64,000 nucleotides of DNA from a virus. Shown piece by piece: positions 60,658-64,000 of this stretch (the stretch's first letter is position 1; every line of letters begins with the position of its first letter). The DNA is taken from IMG/VR virus record IMGVR_UViG_3300023180_000042, positions 1 through 64,000 of that record, one strand, 5' to 3'. Position numbers and translations under genes: made by a program. Under the pieces are notes generated by a model that was not told the DNA's origin, ran no database searches, and saw only the letters and a program-made list of their open reading frames with translations.

Positions 60658-60819
60658 ATGAACAAACTCTGGACTATCTGGAAGTACGCTATCGGTAGCT
60701 TCAGTGATGACAAGACCGCAGACTATGACAATCATGTCGCGGTTATTCGAACGTTTGTTGTCGTAATCAATGTTGGCTGTGCTTGCATGATTATGGCAAA
60801 CATCGTTCACAAATGGTAA
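60658..60819 (+). CDS. Small membrane protein (53 aa)
   Basis: Read by hand: MNKLWTIWKYAIGSFSDDKTADYDNHVAVIRTFVVVINVGCACMIMANIVHKW. Confidence 0.6.
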   Translation: MNKLWTIWKYAIGSFSDDKTADYDNHVAVIRTFVVVINVGCACMIMANIVHKW

Positions 60820-60843
60820 TTTTATTATGATGCGGAGTAATTT

Positions 60844-61782
60844 ATGTCTAAAGATTTTCTCTGGGTTGAGAAGTATCGTCCTCGCAAGGTAGAAGACACA
60901 ATTCTACCAAAAAAACTGAAAGAAGTTTTTACAAAGATCGTGCAGTCTGGTGAATTGCCTAACATGCTTTTTACCGGCACTGCTGGTCTTGGTAAAACTA
61001 CCGTAGCACGAGCAATCTGTGATGAACTTGGCTATGACTACATTGTCATCAATGGTTCTGAAGAAGGTAACATCGATACGCTACGTGGCAAAATCAAGCG
61101 TTTTGCATCCTCTGTCTCTCTAGGTGGCGATGTCAAGGTCGTCATCCTAGACGAGGCTGATTATCTAAATCCTCAATCGACACAGCCAGCTCTTCGTGGC
61201 TTCATTGAAGAGTTTTCTGATAACTGTCGATTCATTCTGACTTGTAACTTCAAGAATCGAATCATCGAGCCGCTTCACTCTCGGTGTGGTGTATATGAAT
61301 TCAATACGACCAAGAAAGAGATGCAGACTCTCTGTGCCGATTTCTTTGTGCGATTGATCCACATTCTTGAATCTGAGCAAGTCGCATTCAACAAAGACCT
61401 GCTTGCACAACTGATCATGAAGTACGCCCCAGACTGGCGGCGTGTAATCAATGAGTGTCAGCGGTACTCGATTGGCGGTCAATTGGAAACTACAGTTCTC
61501 AATAATGATGCAAGTGGTAACTACGATTCTCTTTTCAAGTCGCTCAAAGACAAAGACTTTAAAAAGATGCGCAGTTGGGTCGCTCAGAACGTAGACGTTG
61601 ATGTGTCTGCAATCTTTCGTCAAATCTATGACAACATGTACGAGAAAGTGGACGCATCTTCGATTCCGCAACTGGTGTTGATTCTTGCTGACTACCAGTA
61701 CAAGAATGCCTTCGTTGCTGATCATGAGTTGAACATCGTCGCATGTATGACTGAGATCATGGCAAACGTGGAGTTTAAATAA
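60844..61782 (+). CDS. gp44: Clamp loader large subunit (AAA+)
   Basis: LWVEKYRP, GTAGLGKTT, ILDEADYL and PLHSRC. Confidence 0.97.
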   Translation: MSKDFLWVEKYRPRKVEDTILPKKLKEVFTKIVQSGELPNMLFTGTAGLGKTTVARAICDELGYDYIVINGSEEGNIDTLRGKIKRFASSVSLGGDVKVVILDEADYLNPQSTQPALRGFIEEFSDNCRFILTCNFKNRIIEPLHSRCGVYEFNTTKKEMQTLCADFFVRLIHILESEQVAFNKDLLAQLIMKYAPDWRRVINECQRYSIGGQLETTVLNNDASGNYDSLFKSLKDKDFKKMRSWVAQNVDVDVSAIFRQIYDNMYEKVDASSIPQLVLILADYQYKNAFVADHELNIVACMTEIMANVEFK

Positions 61783-62159
61783 TGAATCCGTTTGACTATG
61801 TGACAGCCATTAATCATGGCAAGCAAGACATCATGGACGATGATTTGAAAGAGAAAGCCTATAACTCTTTTCTGACAAATCGATCACTAAGTTATTTTCC
61901 TGATACCGTTGCCGCGGCTAACGTTATGAATCAGTTTCACCACTTGGATAACAAGTTACAATTTCATTTTTTACTAAATATAGTAAGAAAGCGAAAGCGG
62001 TTCTCTAAGTGGGAGAAACAAGAGACTTTCGATGACGTGGAAGCGGTAAAGGAGTATTATGGATACAGCAACGAAAAAGCACGTTCGGCTTTATCCCTCC
62101 TTTCACCTGATCAAATTAATGAAATAAGAACAAGGATCTACAAAGGTGGAAGAAAATAG
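61782..62159 (+). CDS. gp62: Clamp loader small subunit
   Basis: FDYVTAIN, NRSLSYFPDT, RKRKRFSKW and VKEYYGYSNEKA. Confidence 0.95.
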   Translation: MNPFDYVTAINHGKQDIMDDDLKEKAYNSFLTNRSLSYFPDTVAAANVMNQFHHLDNKLQFHFLLNIVRKRKRFSKWEKQETFDDVEAVKEYYGYSNEKARSALSLLSPDQINEIRTRIYKGGRK

Positions 62160-62553
62160 AATTTGGAAACCAGCAGATATGCTGGAAGTGACGTTGAACG
62201 AACCCGATGATTTTCTCAAGGTTCGTGAGACATTGACAAGAATGGGTGTAGCATCTCGACGTGAAAACAAACTGTTTCAGTCATGTCATATCTTGCACAA
62301 ACAAGGTCGGTACTTTATCGTGCACTTCAAAGAATTGTTTCTACTCGACGGCAAGAAGTCTAATCTAGAAGAGGCTGATGTTCTAAGAAGAAACACCATC
62401 GCTACTTTGTTAGCAGATTGGGGACTCGTGCAGATCGTCGATAAGGCTCAGGTAGCAGAGTGTGCACCACTGCGACAAGTGAAGATCATTTCTCACAAGG
62501 ATAAAGATCAGTGGGAGTTGTGTCCAAAATATAATATCGGTAATAAGGCTTGA
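62146..62553 (+). CDS. regA: Translational repressor RegA
   Basis: PDDFLKVRETLTRMGVASR..LFQSCHILHKQGRYFIVHFKELF. Confidence 0.97.
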   Translation: MEENRIWKPADMLEVTLNEPDDFLKVRETLTRMGVASRRENKLFQSCHILHKQGRYFIVHFKELFLLDGKKSNLEEADVLRRNTIATLLADWGLVQIVDKAQVAECAPLRQVKIISHKDKDQWELCPKYNIGNKA

Positions 62554-62699
62554 CAGTCCAAGAACATTACGCTAGAATGGAAAAGATATTCGGCAAACTA
62601 CCTAATCCCTATCATGAGCCTAAGCAGTTTGCCTATTTCGTCAAGCTATACAAATACTACCATTTCAGTAGAGATGGAAAGAATCACTGGGTTGCTTAA
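62550..62699 (+). CDS. Small hypothetical protein (about 40-49 aa)
   Basis: Read by hand: ..MEKIFGKLPNPYHEPKQFAYFVKLYKYYH..; start is TTG 62550 or ATG 62577. A TTGACA-N17-TAGAAT promoter-like sequence overlaps its 5' end. Confidence 0.45.
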   Translation: MTVQEHYARMEKIFGKLPNPYHEPKQFAYFVKLYKYYHFSRDGKNHWVA

Positions 62700-62980
62700 A
62701 TTCTCGCAATCGATTCAACGTGACAAGTTTTCTTGCGTGAGAACTTGATCGGTGTTCCTTCTCTGACTTGACGCGAACGAAATTGAAACTGAGTGATTTC
62801 TTCTACGTCATATTCGCAGTTTGTTTTGATAGCGTACTTATTACCTTGCTTGTCTCTGATCTGAATTAAGTCGCTAGACGTATCAAACATGACAATCGGA
62901 GTAAGATTGGCAGTGACAACACTCTCATTAGCGAATGAGATTAGCGGTAACATAAGTAATACGAGGATGATGTTTTTCAT
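62696..62980 (-). CDS. Small secreted protein
   Basis: GGAGG RBS; signal peptide MKNIILVLLMLPLISFA; two Cys. Confidence 0.65.
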   Translation of the reverse strand: MKNIILVLLMLPLISFANESVVTANLTPIVMFDTSSDLIQIRDKQGNKYAIKTNCEYDVEEITQFQFRSRQVREGTPIKFSRKKTCHVESIARI

Positions 62981-63068
62981 ATTTGCCTCCAGTCGCCTCA
63001 CGGCGTAGTTATTGTTACAGTTTTATTACACTGTATATACATTATATATAGGTTTTTGGACTTAGACC

Positions 63069-63227
63069 ATGAAAAAAGATGACAATCTTCTTGTGAAAAT
63101 CAATAAGGAAGATAAGAAAGAATTTATTGCGCTGTGTAAAGAAATGGACACAAGCGCATCTCGTGAAGTGAGACACTTCATAAAAAAATTTATACAAGAG
63201 AACCAAAAGCAAACTTCTCGCGTATAA
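63069..63227 (+). CDS. Ribbon-helix-helix (CopG-like) DNA-binding protein, 52 aa
   Basis: Read by hand: MKKDDNLLVKINKEDKKEFIALCKEMDTSASREVRHFIKKFI.., a beta-strand plus two helices pattern. Confidence 0.6.
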   Translation: MKKDDNLLVKINKEDKKEFIALCKEMDTSASREVRHFIKKFIQENQKQTSRV

Positions 63228-63230
63228 ATA
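63223..63230 (+). promoter_or_regulatory. T4-type late promoter TATAAATA upstream of hsp20
   Basis: Exact motif. Confidence 0.7.
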
Positions 63231-63235
63231 ACCGC

Positions 63236-63299
63236 GTGATGCCTTTATAGGGTCACATATACAACACAACCTTGCTTAATTAATTAGGAGGTACCGTTT
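63236..63299 (+). promoter_or_regulatory. ROSE-like RNA thermometer in the hsp20 leader
   Basis: A 5' hairpin (63236-63256), then CCTTGCT...TAGGAGG (63270-63291), where UUGCU can pair with the SD leaving a bulged G. Confidence 0.55.
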
Positions 63300-63737
63300 A
63301 TGGTAACTAAAGCATTTACCTTTCCACGTTCGCATTTTATTGGCTTCGATCACGTTTGGTCTGAGATTGAACGTCTTTCAGAGATGTCAGACAACAAACT
63401 TTTTCCTCCACACAACGTAGTCAAGCATGACGAATCAACGTTTTCAATCGAACTTGCACTGGCTGGTTATAGCAGAGACAACCTAGAAATTGAAGTGAAA
63501 GAAGGCAACGCTCTTCTTGTGATTTCTGGCGACAACCGAGTCGAAGAGTTTGAAAACGAGCGATCAAAGGAGTACCTGCATCGTGGAATCTCAGGTAAGA
63601 AGTTTACTCGCACCTTTAGACTGTCAGAACATGTTGTTGTTGATGGAGCAGACTTCGTGGACGGATTACTCGTCATTAACTTGAGAGTAGAGATTCCTGA
63701 AGAAAAGCGTCCGAGAAAAATCTCAATCTCATCTTAA
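63300..63737 (+). CDS. hsp20: Small heat shock protein Hsp20 (IbpA-like)
   Basis: FIGFD, FPPHNVVK, IELALAGY, YLHRGIS.KKFTRTFRL, DGLLVI.L and IPEEKRPRKI.I. Confidence 0.95.
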   Translation: MVTKAFTFPRSHFIGFDHVWSEIERLSEMSDNKLFPPHNVVKHDESTFSIELALAGYSRDNLEIEVKEGNALLVISGDNRVEEFENERSKEYLHRGISGKKFTRTFRLSEHVVVDGADFVDGLLVINLRVEIPEEKRPRKISISS

Positions 63738-63751
63738 AGGACGTAATACAA

Positions 63752-64000
63752 TTGAAAAGAATTTTAGCCCTCGCACTTGCATTGGGTTTATCTGCTAGTG
63801 TTAGCGCCAATGATGTTGAAGAAGTAAAAGTGTATGCGACAAAGATCGACAACTCAGGCTATACTATGAGAGCCGGTCTGACGAACGTTGCGCTGTTGCA
63901 CGAATACGACGAAAGACTTGACACTTGGCATTACATTGGTTATACTGATGAATACGGTCAAACTGTAACAGTTGATGTTGATAAATCTATCAACAAAGCT
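63752..64000 (+). CDS. Secreted protein with a TonB-box-like N-terminus, 3'-truncated
   Basis: Read by hand: TTG start, MKRILALALALGLSASVSA/NDVEEVKVYATK...; frame is open to the window end. Confidence 0.55.
   Translation, partial: MKRILALALALGLSASVSANDVEEVKVYATKIDNSGYTMRAGLTNVALLHEYDERLDTWHYIGYTDEYGQTVTVDVDKSINKA

Overview
A 64-kb segment of a T4-like (myovirus) phage genome, probably from a marine phage of a proteobacterial host (sigma70-type TTGACA/TATAAT promoters, AGGAG ribosome-binding sites, a TonB-box-like secreted protein). It holds the virion morphogenesis module: gp5-like C-terminus, gp25, gp6, gp8, a VrlC-like protein, many fibre proteins, gp13-15, a displaced gp7, gp16-23 and gp3. 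It then runs into the recombination/replication module: uvsY, uvsW, gp55, gp47, gp46, gp45, gp44, gp62, regA and hsp20. Many TATAAATA late promoters are present. The most striking feature is a 2080-aa fibre gene whose roughly 770-residue N- and C-terminal repeat arms mirror each other around a central tip domain. Across 23 consecutive intervals the spacing matches, and 5-residue 'bulge' units on one arm sit opposite FxGQ (or YTGN) units on the other. This implies a giant antiparallel hairpin needle. The gene is followed by a coiled-coil protein, a GT-A glycosyltransferase and a 2OG-Fe(II) oxygenase-like gene, and many virion proteins are rich in Asp-Ser motifs, which suggests phage-encoded virion modification. 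Other notable items are a subtilisin/repeat/cupredoxin fusion, phycobiliprotein-like CxRD repeats, a palindromic divergent late promoter upstream of an antisense lipoprotein metalloprotease, a ROSE-like leader on hsp20 and an RHH regulator moron. I found no tRNA, rRNA, CRISPR array, intron or reverse transcriptase. All assignments come from motif recognition and gene order, not database searches.
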